Source of the DNA: Octopus sinensis
Lineage: Eukaryota
Reading direction: 5' to 3'
Assembly: GCF_006345805.1 (NCBI RefSeq)
Contig: NC_042998.1
Location: 9,548,001 to 9,612,000, forward strand
DNA length: 64,000 bases
The notes beneath the pieces are model-generated. The model worked only from the letters and a program-made list of their open reading frames with translations, ran no database searches and was not told where the DNA came from. Both the position numbers and the translations under genes were made by a program. Every line of letters starts with the position of its first letter. The stretch's first letter is position 1. Positions 25,338 to 38,112 of the stretch are shown here, piece after piece.

Positions 25338-25539
25338 CAGTGAGCATTTGTAAGAAATGCAAAAAAAAACAGAAAAAAAAAAAAAAAAGGAAACAAATAT
25401 TCAAGATTATGAGAAAAAAGTCATAAACACTGATGCCAAAACAGTTGAAGCTGCTTCTATAGAACAACTAAGAGAATACAGAAATTTATTTGCAATGATT
25501 GATACATCAGGATTGTCTAAGCCACTAAAATTAAAAGGT
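25338..25539 (+). CDS. Candidate exon of the unidentified gene (A-run frameshift near its 5' end)
   Basis: ETNIQDYEKKVINTDAKTVEAASIEQLREYRNLFAMIDTSGLSKPLKLK ends at AAAAG|GTAAC (phase 1). The acceptor frame needs an indel in long A homopolymers. Confidence 0.35.
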
Positions 25540-26388
25540 AACAAAAGATAGAAATAGAATTCAAAACATTTTCTTTATTTTTTTTTTATTACAAAATGAA
25601 TAGTAATGATCTGAAATATAATGAAGTTTTTATTAAAATAGCAGATGAACTCTAGTCATTTAATGGAAAACTCCAAGATTTTAGATTTAATTTCTGAGAT
25701 TATATAATCAGTGAATAAGAAAATAATAAATTATGTTTGCATAACAAATAACATTTTTTGTTGTTGTTTTGTTTGTGTGTGGACTTTAACATCTATCTTT
25801 ATTGCTTTTGATCATACAATGTTCTGATATGTACTTCATCTAATATTTAAAATATACCAAAAGACTAGTGACTGAGCAACAATACTAAACAGTTAAGATG
25901 TTTTACAATTCATGCTACTATAGTTGTAATTACAATATATAACTGTATTATAGTCCCCAAACACTTAGTGATTGCAGAAGAAATGTTAATCAACTAGAGA
26001 TTGTAATTAGGAGTATCTTACCATTAGGTTTTTTACTTTTTAGTCATGACAGCCATTTTTAAAAGGTTCATGCAAAAAATTTTTTTCCAGTATAAATTTC
26101 ATTAGAAGTATATAGAGAAATACTTTAGAAATAGTTTTTGATCTAAAAATTGTATAAAAACGAAATAAAGATAAATGGAAAAGTCCAAAAAAGAAAAAAA
26201 AAAATGAATTTACTCTGTTAGTGTATAACACTGATTTTTTTTTTTTTTTTTTTACATTGACTTAAGATATAGTTTCAAGTCCATGAGTTGTTTTGTTGCA
26301 TGCAGCCTAGAAAGAATACATGGTAACAAAATCTGCAATTTCTTGCTCACATCATAAGACCATTGATTTGTTTTTCTGCTTTACATAG

Positions 26389-26620
26389 CAGCAAATATTA
26401 TTTTTATATATGGAAATGCAACAAACAACATCAAAGATTCAACAAATAAATTATTACTCTCAACTTCAGGAGTACATCGAAACAAAATAAATATATGATT
26501 CCAAACTCACAGATAGGCACTAATCTTCCAGCAGTACATACACGCACAAACTTGCAAATAACATCCAACTTAGCAATCCAGTTGGTAATTAGCCAAAATC
26601 AACGTCAGCCAGATTTTCTT
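26389..26620 (+). CDS. Candidate exon of the unidentified gene (needs one 1-nt frameshift)
   Basis: Acceptor TTTTTCTGCTTTACATAG (phase 1), donor CTT|GTAAGT (phase 0). ANIIFIYGNA...VHRNK and MIPNSQIG...QRQPDFL are in different frames. Confidence 0.3.
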
Positions 26621-27310
26621 GTAAGTTATTTTATCAAGCACACCAGACTCATACATTCACAAGAATGTAATCACCAGCAGTATTTGGGTTTTATTTCTTT
26701 CAATTTCTTTTTGTGGTTCAACTTCAGATTTGTCTTATCAGTTCTTATAATTATGTTGAGAATATAAAATTAATATTTCATATATTTTATTTTCAAAAGT
26801 ATTGATATTTTTTAAAGGCTATATTTGTCCAGCTAGATATGGATGCATATTATAGTTAAATAAAATTAAACTTTAACAAGCATTTTCCTTTTTGTAATGC
26901 CATAACATTTTTAATGTTTCTAAAATTTCCATTAACGAAAACATTTTCAATTTGTCTCAAAGATAGAAATGAAGAAACTTCTGTTATAATTCTAGTAAGC
27001 TTACAAATCTAGTAAGCTTAGACCACCTGTAGTAGATGATTTAATATTATTTAGCCTAGTTTTATTTGATATCAACTTCAATAACAGGAATATAAATATA
27101 TCATTATATATAGATTTAGAAGTCTCTAACATTTAAATTATATATAAAATTATTTTTTTTTACAATATTTCTTTTCAACACTACCTTAGTCCTTGTGACT
27201 ATCTTGATATATATACATATATATTTCAGTAAAATGTCATTATTAAAAGATGAATGCACATTCATCTTAAAAATGGTCCAATACAACAGTAATCCAGTTT
27301 AATTTTTCAG

Positions 27311-27445
27311 ACATACTTAGTGCAACTGCCCAGAGTTGTCCAAGCAGCAGACAATATGAAGAGCAAGGCAGTAGACCAGCTATTCTATAATCCCTTATCC
27401 TTGGCTGTCAAACTGGATGGGAGTGTTAATGAATGCAGTGGAAAG
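27311..27445 (+). CDS. Candidate exon of the unidentified gene
   Basis: TTTAATTTTTCAG acceptor, AAG|GTAGGT donor, 135 nt open in phase 0-0: TYLVQLPRVVQAADNMKSKAVDQLFYNPLSLAVKLDGSVNECSGK. Confidence 0.5.
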
Positions 27446-27596
27446 GTAGGTGAATGCTGTGATGAGGTGTGACTTTTAATTCACCCTTTATCTGTATATT
27501 ATATAAAACAAAAAATAACATAAATATGAAATATTTCTGGCAAGGAAAACTTGCATCTTAGGTCAAGTACTAATGGGGAGTAGAATACTTAATTTT

Positions 27597-27640
<44 letters not shown>

Positions 27641-29694
27641 CTTGAAATCTTTTAGATTCATTCAACTTTGGGACATTAACTCTCACAAACAAATAAAAAC
27701 TTAAAAAAGTCTTTAACACACAATAAGGGCTTTGTCGAAGCTGTCAATAAAAGGTTATTTGAAAGAATCCTGAATCACATCATTTTTACCAATCATGGGC
27801 AAACTGAACTTTCTGAATGGTACACAATGAAAATTCACCTTGAATTTTTATTTAGTAGTGCAGCCCAATTGTGTTATGGGGCCCACTTCTCAAAAAAAGG
27901 TTGCCCATGTTTGACTTAGACCACCTGAAAACTTTTTTTTTTAACTATAGTTATGCTGTTTAACTGCCAATGCTACAACATAATCATGTCTGATTTTCTG
28001 CTGGAAAGTTGTTACAAGCGATGAGAAATGATTTTCCAACGTTTTACAATTGAAAAATTTCACTGCTTGTTAAATTGATCTTGTCTTTTTGGATATTCAA
28101 ATGAATCAATTTTTCTCAGAGACACTATTAGTCAAAGATACTAATGTACATCCTTATATAATAGTGTTTAACATTTTTTGAAAATCATATAAGAATATAA
28201 AAATGAAAGTTTATAAAAAAATCCTTTTAATTACCAAAAGATAACGAAACTTTTTGCTTTCAACAAGACATGAACTAATCATGAAACAGTCAACTGAACA
28301 CTGCTCCATACATCACAAGCACCAACAAATTCCCCAACTGGGAATTCTGTCATATGACTAGACATGCTTCCACTTGTAGAGATTACTATATTCAACCAGG
28401 ACTGTCCCACAAATACACTACTCATATTCTTCCCTCTTGGTTTTGAGTTTAAAATGTACATCATCATCATCATCATTGGTATCAATAACTTTATGGCCAA
28501 ATGAAAGTGAAATGAGCAGATCCTCTTCCTTACAAAATTTTACCTGGTGTCTAGTCAAACGAAATCAATAGCCTGAAAAGAAACTACCAGTAGAACATTG
28601 GTAACTATTGTTGTATTGGTCAATGTAAGCAGCAGTAAGCTTTTATTTTCATGTTTGGTTTTAAGCAGATCAAGGTGCTTTCCCAAACACTAGATATATA
28701 ATTTCACAAAATATTGTATATTTATGTTCTGGTTAATAGATATTGAATATAGTGGTTGAAATATACAATTACATAAATCCCAAAAAAAAAAAAGAGTTAC
28801 TGACTGAAAACATTGACACACTACAAAACTTCCTGCAGAGATGACATAATTATTGCTATGGAACTTTGGTATGAAGCTTTTGCCTAGTGTTTACACGAAA
28901 TACTTTGGGACAAAAAGTTGCACTATAAAAAGGCAGCTACAATCCTGATAAAATGGTTTGTACAAAATTTTAATACAGACTGGAATATCTTTTTCATTCT
29001 TAAGGAATTATGAAACCATTTGGGTTTCCATAAGTACAACAAAGCCTATGCATGGGACAAACTGACTTACAACCCTTAACTTCCAAAACTCTCTTTGGAA
29101 GGTGTGTCCAATAAGGAAGGTACCCAGGTATCGGTTAACCGAATTATCCATACTAGGATAATTCATTCACCTACTTAAATATATATATATACATATATAT
29201 ATATATGTATACATAATTATACATACTCATGTTCAGTCTGCACTATTTAAGCTCTCTTATAAACATTCTGTTAAAAATAAAGAGGCACATTTTATGGGGC
29301 CACCATAAAAAGAGTCAGTCAACTGGATCCTAGTGTGTAGCCTGGAGGCCAGTTAAGTAGAAATATGAGCTTCTCAATGAAGACAAAATACTATAGTTTT
29401 AATAACATCATATAACTATAAATTCAACAGAAATTTGGAATGAAACTTATTAAGTTGACGACACATCTTCTCTTCAAATAAGAAAAGATATTTGTATTTT
29501 AAAATAAAAATTTTTTGCATTTAAAATTTTTAATTTAAAAAAAAAAACAACTTTTCATAGAAAAATTTTTTTTAAAGTAAGCATAAAAACGTAGTTCACT
29601 TACTGCAAAAGTAATCTTATAAACCGATGGTTTTAAGCCTAATTATCATGCTTCAATGGTTATATAAGATTACTAAATATTTTTATAATTGCAG

Positions 29695-29748
29695 GTCATG
29701 TCTAGAAGTATTTTGAAACAGAATGATATCAAAGAATATTCACTATAA
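29695..29748 (+). CDS. Candidate terminal exon of the unidentified gene
   Basis: TTTTTATAATTGCAG acceptor; phase 0 VMSRSILKQNDIKEYSL*. Confidence 0.35.
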   Translation, partial: VMSRSILKQNDIKEYSL

Positions 29749-29846
29749 CAATGCTGTATGAGATTGTTAGTCCAGATTATAAAGAAAATTTGTAAATGGA
29801 TCTGAAAATAGAAGACGGCCGACCAAGCTTAATATATTAAACAAAA

Positions 29847-29880
<34 letters not shown>

Positions 29881-30011
29881 CAAAAATATAGTAATGATTA
29901 CTACAACTTGTATATCAACATGAATACTGAACAACAAATATTTGATCGTATTGATCAGAGATAAAAAGTATGATCTGGTTGCCAGCAGTCTGCTTGTATC
30001 ATTCCTCGTCT

Positions 30012-30115
30012 TTACATAGCAGTTATCTTCAACAACTCAATTGGCACAGCACGGTCATAATGGAAAATATCATCATTAGGTGCCATCAAGGATTCAAAAT
30101 GAAGATCTTGAACAC
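30012..30115 (-). CDS. EEF2KMT: EEF2 lysine methyltransferase (FAM86A) exon 8, with stop
   Basis: TTTTCTTTTATAG acceptor, phase 1; (G)VQDLHFESLMAPNDDIFHYDRAVPIELLKITAM*. Confidence 0.85.
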
Positions 30116-30324
30116 CTATAAAAGAAAAATATAAATGCATAAATAAAACATAGGCTCTCAGATATACTTTGGAAAGTTTGCAATAATTTATCAATTCAAA
30201 TAACTTCAACTTCAGGAATTTACTAAATCATCCATTAATAAAACTTTGAATGTTCTGTAATAGAATGGTAATGGATCCAAAGACATGTGACTAATATCAA
30301 AAATCAACAGAAGAAAAAAAAACA

Positions 30325-30719
30325 TTTACTCTTTTACTTGTTTCAGGCATGTGACTGTGGCCATGCTGGAGCACCGCCTTTAGTCAAGCAAATTGACCCT
30401 AGGACTTATTCTTTGTAAGCCTAGTACTTATTCTATCAGTCTCTTTTGCCGAACCACTAAGTTACAGGGATGTAAACACACCAGCATCAGTTGTCAAGCG
30501 ATGTTGGGGGGACAAACACAGACACACAAACACACACATATATATACATATATATATAATGGGCTTCTTTCAGTTTCCATCTGCCAAATCCACTCACAAG
30601 GCTTTGGTTGGCTCGAGACTATAGTAGAAGACATCTGCCCAAGGTGCCACGCAGTGGGACTGAAGCCGGAACCAAGTGGTTCGTAAGCAAGCTACTTACC
30701 ACACAGCCACTCCTGCGCC
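30325..30719 (-). mobile_element. SINE family A in EEF2KMT intron 7
   Basis: Full-length match. Confidence 0.9.
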
Positions 30720-30891
30720 TAAAAAAATTTATTAGATTATATCTGTTTTTCATTTATTTCACTCAGGTGTTCACAGGACATCAAAAGAAGCAGGAAATTT
30801 ACACTCTCAGTAATAAAAATTGTGGGAATAGGGTTACTCAAAAAACAAACAAACAAAAGAGAGAGAAATAAAGAAAATATTGACCATTTAC

Positions 30892-31044
30892 CTAATGTAA
30901 ACAGGAACTGATCTCGAGTGTCTTCTAAACGCACAGTTGATGCTACATAAGCCACTGGCTTTTCACCATTCTCAAGAGTAATAGACAGTAATTTTTTCAG
31001 CACAAGTACCAAGGATGGAATTACTGTTGTATCATAAACCACAT
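30892..31044 (-). CDS. EEF2KMT: EEF2KMT exon 7
   Basis: AG/GT bounded, phase 1-1; DVVYD...VLKKLL...VAYVASTVRLEDT (METTL21/FAM86 post-II motif). Confidence 0.92.
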
Positions 31045-31203
31045 CTGAAAGATAACGAAGTTCATCATCATTATCAATCACAGTTTTACAATTTTTGTAA
31101 CAAAATGTATTTCAATCTATTGCAATTACAGGCTACTACAATTATAGTACAGGATTATCAACAACATTTGCAAGAGTTCAAAGCTGTTGTGTTTTATTCT
31201 TAA

Positions 31204-31413
31204 CCCTTTTGTTACTAAACCGGCTCTGGCTTTGTGGTAAAATGTCTTGTTTTCATAAGTATTGAATTAAAATCTTCCACCAAACCTTAGCCACAATTTA
31301 CGTTCCTAACACTAGCTGAATGATAACCAAGTTATTTTACTAAATTCTTTGTTATATTTAAAATAATTGAAAGAAACACAGAACATCTCAAAATAAATAC
31401 AGTAACGAAAGGG
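31204..31413. mobile_element. piggyBac-type MITE
   Basis: TTAA|CCCTTT..GTTAC...GTAACGAAAGGG|TTAA; sister copy at 37892. Confidence 0.85.
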
Positions 31414-31685
31414 TTAATCAAGGTACATAACATTACATGGCTTGACAAGCAATCCACCACTTCAGAATTTTGTGGTAGGAAGGGCAGTTATTTTTTTTTA
31501 GCAAAAATCACACCCACCTCCCAAGTTAACACAAACTAAATAACGCAAAAAAAACAAAAACATACTGAAAGAATTCATAGAATAAAAGTCTGAAATGGTT
31601 CTCGGTTATCAATTTGAAAAATGAAACTTTCAAAAGAAACTAGTTTTAGGCTTAGTTAACAACATTGGGAATTTTGTCTAACTAG

Positions 31686-31830
31686 TTATTGGCGTTAGGA
31701 AGGGCATCCAGCCGTAGAAACACTGCCAGATTTGACTGGGCCTGATGAAGCCTTCTGGCTTCACAGATCCCAGTAGAACCGTCCAACCCATGCTAGCATG
31801 GAAAACGGACGCTAAACGACGATGATGATA
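31686..31830 (+). mobile_element. Short RTE 3' tail
   Basis: GGCGTTAGGAAGGGCATCC...GATGATGAT. Confidence 0.85.
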
Positions 31831-32017
31831 GTAGGCCGAAGTAACTTACTGGAAGGTACAAAAATATGACTTATAAGGTTTGAAATTCATTTAGCAGGAA
31901 CTGTACATAAAGGTAATATAATGATTCTAAAGAGGAAATACTGGATCAAGTGATGATATGAAACATTAAGAAACACAGCAATACTATTGATGACATAGAT
32001 GATGATGATGATAATAC

Positions 32018-32553
32018 CTGCAGCAATGATAACTTCTGGACAAAACCATTTGAGAAAACTATCATCAAAACACTCCCAGTCCAGTTTTGCGATACTAATT
32101 TTGTCGTTTTTTTTAAGTGTAGCAATTTTGCTTTCAGAGTCCTTCTTCCATGACTTAGAGTAGAGCTCAAAATCTGCAAAATCTTCCACAGGATCTTTCT
32201 GCATGATTTCACTCTCCTCACTCGGAGGTGTAGATGGAGACAGGCAGATCTCGATGATGTCAGTCATGTCGTTCGAAGTATTGTTATCAGCACTTAAACT
32301 AAGCTGTCGACGAATCTTCCGCATTATTTTTTCATCGTTTTTATTATTTATGTTGATGGGTGATAAGTGAATGTCCTCCTGGGTATTGTCTGTCTCACTT
32401 TGATTGTTTTGCAGCATGTTGAGTTCAATATTCTTAGACAAGAGATACAATACTTGAGGGTGACAGTCTGTAAAGCAAAAATGTGTTGGTTGGCAATACT
32501 TGCAAATTACTATGCCTGTCAAACCAAGACCACATCCTAGTTCCAAAATTTTT
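32018..32553 (-). CDS. EEF2KMT: EEF2KMT exon 6 (SAM-binding motif I plus large insertion)
   Basis: KILELGCGLGLTG, FTDCHPQVL, LDWE, IIAA(D); AG/GT bounded, phase 2-1. Confidence 0.95.
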
Positions 32554-32725
32554 CTGGAAAGAAACAACACACGCACAAAAAGAATTAAAACATGATAGTA
32601 AACAAATAAACAAAAATAATTAGGAGAAAAATATTAGTTCAACATAAAATGTATTTTGTTATTTAAAAAAGAAAAAAAAAACCAACAGCTGTTCCCTATT
32701 TTACTTGCTAGTTGTTACCGCTTAG

Positions 32726-33099
32726 TGGAGGCGCAATGGCCCAGTGGTTAGGGCAGCGGACTCACGGTTTCGATTCCCAGACCAGGCGTTGTGTGTGTTT
32801 ATTGAGCGAAAACACCTAAAGCTCCATGAGGCTCCAGCAGGGGATGGTGATGATCCCTGCTGTACTCTTTCACCACAACTTTCTCTCACTCTTACTTCCT
32901 GTTTCTGTTGTACCTGTATTTCAAAGGGCCGGCCTTGTCACTCTCTGTGTCATGCTGAATATCCCCGAGAACTATGTTAAGGGTACACGTGTCTGTGGAG
33001 TGCTCAGCCACTTACACGTTAATTTCACGAGCAAGCTGTTCCGTTGATTCGGATCAACCGGAACCCTCGTCGTCGTAACCGACGGAGTGCTTCCATCCA
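32726..33099 (+). mobile_element. SINE family D with 13-bp TSD
   Basis: TGTTACCGCTTAG at 32713-32725 and 33100-33112; A/B-box head. Confidence 0.9.
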
Positions 33100-33331
33100 T
33101 GTTACCGCTTAGCCCCAAGTGAGACCTGACTAAGCAAAGCAGACATGTTCAAATTAATTGCAACTCTAATCAGCTCCAATCTTTTTAGGGGTAAGTAAGA
33201 CTACATTATTTAATGTCTTTCCATTTTTAAAGCTGTGGAAAGTTAGGAGAGATTTAGCTACTATTTCTAAAAGGTTGAGGGACAGCATACAGAGTTCCTC
33301 AATTCTAACAGATAATCCATAAGTTACTATA

Positions 33332-33553
33332 CTCTTAACTCTTTTACTTGTTTCAGTCATTTGACTGCGGCCATGCTGGAGCACCGCCTTTAAATCAAGC
33401 AACTTCACCCTGGGACTTATTCTTTTGTAAGCCCAGTACTTATTCTATCGGTCTCTTTTGCCGAATGGCTAAGTAACGGGGACATAAACACACCAGCATC
33501 GGTTGTCAAGCAATGCTAGGGGTACAAACACAGACACACAAACACAAACATGC

Positions 33554-33621
<68 letters not shown>

Positions 33622-33787
33622 TACGACGGGCTTCTTTCAGTTTCCGTCTACCAAATCCACTCACAAGGCTTTGGTTGGCCCGAGGCTATAGTAGAAGACA
33701 CTCACCCAAGGTGCCATGCAGTGGGACTGAACCCGGAACCATGTAGTTGGTAAACAAGCTACTTACCACACAGCCACTCCTGAGCCT
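33332..33787 (-). mobile_element. SINE family A with expanded internal (TA)n
   Basis: Full-length match. Confidence 0.9.
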
Positions 33788-34015
33788 ATATGTAATGTTT
33801 TACAACCAATTTCAGAAAATAATGGTTTCTGATTTAGGAGATGGGGTTAGTTAACACCATCAACCCCCAGTACTTGACTGGTACTTTACAAGTCCCAAAA
33901 GGATTTTGAAAGGAATAACAAACAGCAAAGCAATAACAAGAATTATCTTGAAGCTAAGAGAATAAATATTTGCAGTATTTCAGTGTAGTTGAAACTCTTC
34001 TGATTCAGAAACCAA

Positions 34016-34424
34016 ATTCTTTTCTACTCTAGGCACAAGGCCCGAAATTTTTGAGGAGTGGAGGTGGGGGGCAAATCGATTAGATTGACCCCAGTACACA
34101 ACTGGTACTTAATTTATTGATCCTGAAAGGATGAAAGGCAAAGTCGACCTCGGTGGAATTTGAACTCAGAATGTAAAGACAGGCGAAATACCTATTTCTT
34201 TATTACCCACAAGGGGCTTAACATAGAGGGGACAAACAAGGACAGACATAGGTATTAAGTCGATTACATCGACCCCAGTGCATAACTGGCACTTAATTTA
34301 ATCGACCCCGAAAGGATGAAAGGCAAAGTCGACCTCGGCGGAATTTGAACTCAGAACGTAAAGACAGGCGAAATACCGCTTAGCATTTCGCCCAGCATGC
34401 TAACGTTTCTGCCAGGTCGCCGCC
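34016..34424 (-). mobile_element. Two tandem or nested SINE family B copies
   Basis: Nin-like core occurs twice; head at 34424. Confidence 0.85.
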
Positions 34425-34514
34425 ACATCCAGAAATGAAATTACTTCAGTTCTGAATAGCTGTTGACACTGTCATACAGACATGAGAATCAAGGAAGTCA
34501 AATACATTGTTTAA

Positions 34515-34734
34515 CCCTTTAGTGTTTAAACCGGCCATATCTGGCCCAAATATTCTATATGTTTTATAATCAAACTGGGAATATCTAGCCCCTCAAACCT
34601 AACCTACATTGACATTCAAAAAATATACAATCACATCATTGAAACCTCAAAGCTATAAGATAATGCATGATTAATTCAAAGCAATTTGAGTGAAAAAGTA
34701 TTACATTTAACAGAGTAATCTGAACACTAAAGGG
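34515..34734. mobile_element. piggyBac-type MITE, second family
   Basis: TTAA|CCCTTTAGTGTT...AACACTAAAGGG|TTAA; related fragments near 13815-13985 and 16486-16650. Confidence 0.85.
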
Positions 34735-35276
34735 TTAAACAGCATTGAAATGTAATTCAAATAAAGAAAAACTTAATGAAAAGATATGGTTAAGCAGAAG
34801 CAGCTTCTATATAACAAAAGAGATGAAATCTTTAGCACAACCAGAGTTTAGTTGAATACAGGCATATTCAGCCATATAAAGTTTTCTACATAAGCAAACA
34901 CATCATAAAATGAATGCTAACACATGCATAGTAATATTTAAATTACTATGAAATGAATATGCATTCCGTGGAATAATTAAATAATACAAATACTGTTTTA
35001 ACAGCAACTATTACCATATTTGCTGGCATATTGGACATGCTTTTTTTTTTGTTTCTCTATGAATCAAAACACAGCCCTGTGTTTAAGGGAGCCAAATTAC
35101 AGATGAGAGACCAAGTGTTGTGGGCTAGGGAGCTGAATAAGCATGATAATTGTTACTAATAAAATATAGAAAACAAGCCAAAATATCACAGTCTCCTAGT
35201 GTAATCTGACAAGGAATTACAGTATGTCAGCAGTCTGGTAGGTCAAATCATTTCATTATACTTTCTTTCCCATATA

Positions 35277-35443
35277 GGCGCAGGGGAGTGGCTGTGTGGT
35301 AAGTAGCTTGCTAACCAACCACATGGTTCCGGGTTCAGTCCCACTGCGTGGCATCTTGGGCAGGTGTCTTCTGCTATAGCCCCGGGCCGACCAATGCCTT
35401 GTGAGTGGATTTGGTAGACAGAAACTGAAAGAAGCCTGTCGTA

Positions 35444-35519
<76 letters not shown>

Positions 35520-35743
35520 GTGTGTATGTGTTTGTGTGTCTGTGTTTGTCTCCCTAGCATTGCTTGACAACCGATGCGGGTGTGTTTATGTCCCCATCAC
35601 TTAGTGGCTCGGCAAAAGAGACCGTTAGAATAAGTACTGGGCTTACAAAGAATATGTCCCGGAGTCGATTTGCTCGACTAAAGGCGGTGCTCCAGCATGG
35701 CCGCAGTCAAATGACTGAAACAAGTAGAGTAAAAGAGTAAAGA
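35277..35743 (+). mobile_element. SINE family A
   Basis: Full-length; inverted relative to the 33332 and 36077 copies. Confidence 0.92.
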
Positions 35744-36076
35744 GCATACATAACCCCCCCCACCGGATATGGCCTAACATTATGTAATGGCTGTGTTACC
35801 TTTAAAAATAATTTTAAAATTATCTAAATGAAACCTCTGCTAGAAAAATGGAAGGAAATGTTAAATTTTTATTTGTCTGTCAGCTAATTGCAATGAGTGG
35901 ATGAGAAAACCATAGAGGCGGTGTACAACTCTGATGGTTGATTTTAGTTACACAAACATCATAGCCAAAACTACAAGTGTTAACATCTTGAATAGCAATT
36001 CTCTCCATAAAAATATAAGCAATTATATAACTGATCTGAAAGAAGACAAAACTGAAATACAGGACTTGTATAATGT

Positions 36077-36447
36077 TTACTCTTTTACTTGTTTCAGTGA
36101 TTTGACTGCGGCCATGCTGGAGCACCGCCTTTAATCGAGCAACTCGACCCCGGGACTTATTCTGTCGGTATCTTTTGCCGAACCGCTAAGTGACGGGGAC
36201 GTAAACACACCAGCATCGGTTGTCAAGCAATGCTAGGGGGACAAACACAGACACACAAACATACACTCACACATATATATATATACGACGGGCTTCTTTC
36301 AGTTTCCGTCTACCAAATCCACTCACAAGGCTTTGGTTGACCCGAGGCTATAGTAGAAGGCACTTGCCCAAGGTGCCACGCAGTGGGACTGAACCCGGAA
36401 CCATGTGGTTGGTAAACAAGCTACTTACCACACAGCCACTCCTGCGC
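36077..36447 (-). mobile_element. SINE family A
   Basis: Full-length apart from a small internal deletion. Confidence 0.92.
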
Positions 36448-36845
36448 GTTTATGATAAATTTGTAGTTCAAACTTTATTCCAATACATTGTTGCAGCACT
36501 GCATTGACATGCACAAAATCCTAAGTTTTCCCCAACAAAACTTTTCTAGAATATATTTTAAGAAGTGTGACAAAACTTAGTAAATTTATTTTATTTCACA
36601 AAATATACTTGTAAATACACCAGCAAATAAAGTATTCATCTCATAATATTTATTATACTTGTTAAATACAAAATATTATAAACATGCAATTCAGATAGAC
36701 CACTTAAAAGAGTTTGAGCATAACTGATCTTCAATACATGCTATTAAAAATGTGCTCAAAAAACAAAAACAATGTAGAGTTTTAACTTCTTTTAGTAGCA
36801 AAATTACTTTTATGACCAATAATATATTTGAAAATAATATCTTAC

Positions 36846-36901
36846 TTATTCTGAAATACCTCGCTATTTTCAATGGACCATTCAGCTAAATTTTGAGCAG
36901 C
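36846..36901 (-). CDS. EEF2KMT: EEF2KMT exon 5 (56 nt)
   Basis: AAQNLAEWSIENSEVFQN(K); phase 0-2, fits both neighbours. Confidence 0.93.
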
Positions 36902-37171
36902 CTGCAACAAATATGAAAGATAATTGAAATTTTTCTTCAAGAGAGGAACACCAATGACATTAGTTTCCAAAAGTGATGAGTATTCAGGTAGGTATTTAGA
37001 AGAAAGATGAAGCCAAAAATTTCAAGAAGTATAAGCAAGATTAATATTAACAATTTGTATTAAATCATTTCTTTACTAATTAGTTGCCATACTAAAAAAT
37101 TGATGCAATAGCTGTAATTCACACCTTTCTGGGATTTTCTGAAAGAAATAATCAACTTCTGGAGAATAATT

Positions 37172-37502
37172 GCCAGCCTCGCTTGGCCTCCGTGCCGGTG
37201 GCACGTAAAAAACACCATCCGAGCGTGGCCGTTCGCCAGCCTCGTCTGGCACCTGTGTCGGTGGCACATGAAAAACACCACCTGAGCGTGGCCGTTCGCC
37301 AACCTCGTCTGGCACCTGTGTCGGTGGCACATAAAAAGCACCCACTACACTCACAGAGTGGTTGGCATTAGGAAGGGCATCCAGCTGTAGAAACACTGCC
37401 AGATCTGACTGGCCTGGTGCAGCCTTCGGGCTTCCCAGACCCCAGTTGAACCGTCCAACCCATGCTAGCATGGAAAGCGGACGCTAAACAATGATGATGA
37501 TG
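37172..37502 (+). mobile_element. RTE 3' UTR copy
   Basis: 63-bp units plus (GAT)n tail. Confidence 0.9.
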
Positions 37503-37891
37503 AATCAACGCCTGAAGTTTTAAGCTAAGGGATTAGTCACTTAACTCAAATGACTTGTTCACCTTGGTAAGGTATATTGCCCTCATTTCTGACAATAAAC
37601 CTGGGGCGTTCACACTGCAAAGTAGCTTCAGATATGTTAATCAAAAAAATTATACAAAGATTAGTTTGGATTGGAAGTACTAGTGATTAATATTATTCCG
37701 GTAAGAATAATTAGCAAATTTAAAATAAGACATTAAAATCCAAAACTAAACTCTAACAATTTTATATTTTCTTTAATAGCCACTTATAACAAGATAGACA
37801 TTGCTTAAGATAAACTTCAAGAACAATACCAACTTTAAAAGCAGGATTCAGTTAGATTTTTTAAGTACTAGATGTACCACTGGTTACTTCA

Positions 37892-38112
37892 CCCTTTCGT
37901 TACCAACCCGGCTGAAACTGGCTGTGGTTCTGTAGTACAAATGCCTTGTATTCATAAGGTTTGAATTAAAATCTTCCACCAAACCGTAGTCACAATTTAT
38001 GTTCCTATCACTAGCTGAATGATAACCAAGTAATTTTACTAAATTCCTTGTTATACTTAAAGTAATTGAAAGAAACACAGAGTATCTCAAAATAAATACA
38101 GTAATGAAAGGG
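37892..38112. mobile_element. piggyBac-type MITE, same family as 31204
   Basis: CCCTTTCGTTAC...GTAATGAAAGGG|TTAA. Confidence 0.8.

Noticed and set aside
25357-26620. NYN/PIN- or GTPase-like reading of MIDTSGL and IIFIYGN in the unidentified gene
   Set aside because: Only loose motif resemblance; the required acidic or P-loop residues are not convincingly present.
28279-28500. ORF considered as the EEF2KMT last exon
   Set aside because: No similarity to the family C-terminus and no fitting acceptor; 30012-30115 fits in both phase and sequence.
31887-32576. 229-aa ORF as a stand-alone gene
   Set aside because: It is EEF2KMT exon 6 plus read-through into both introns; splice sites at 32553 and 32018 fit the neighbouring exons.
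33513-33746. IYIYIY-rich ORFs (also 35256, 45568, 61746, 61907)
   Set aside because: Translations of (TA)n microsatellites.
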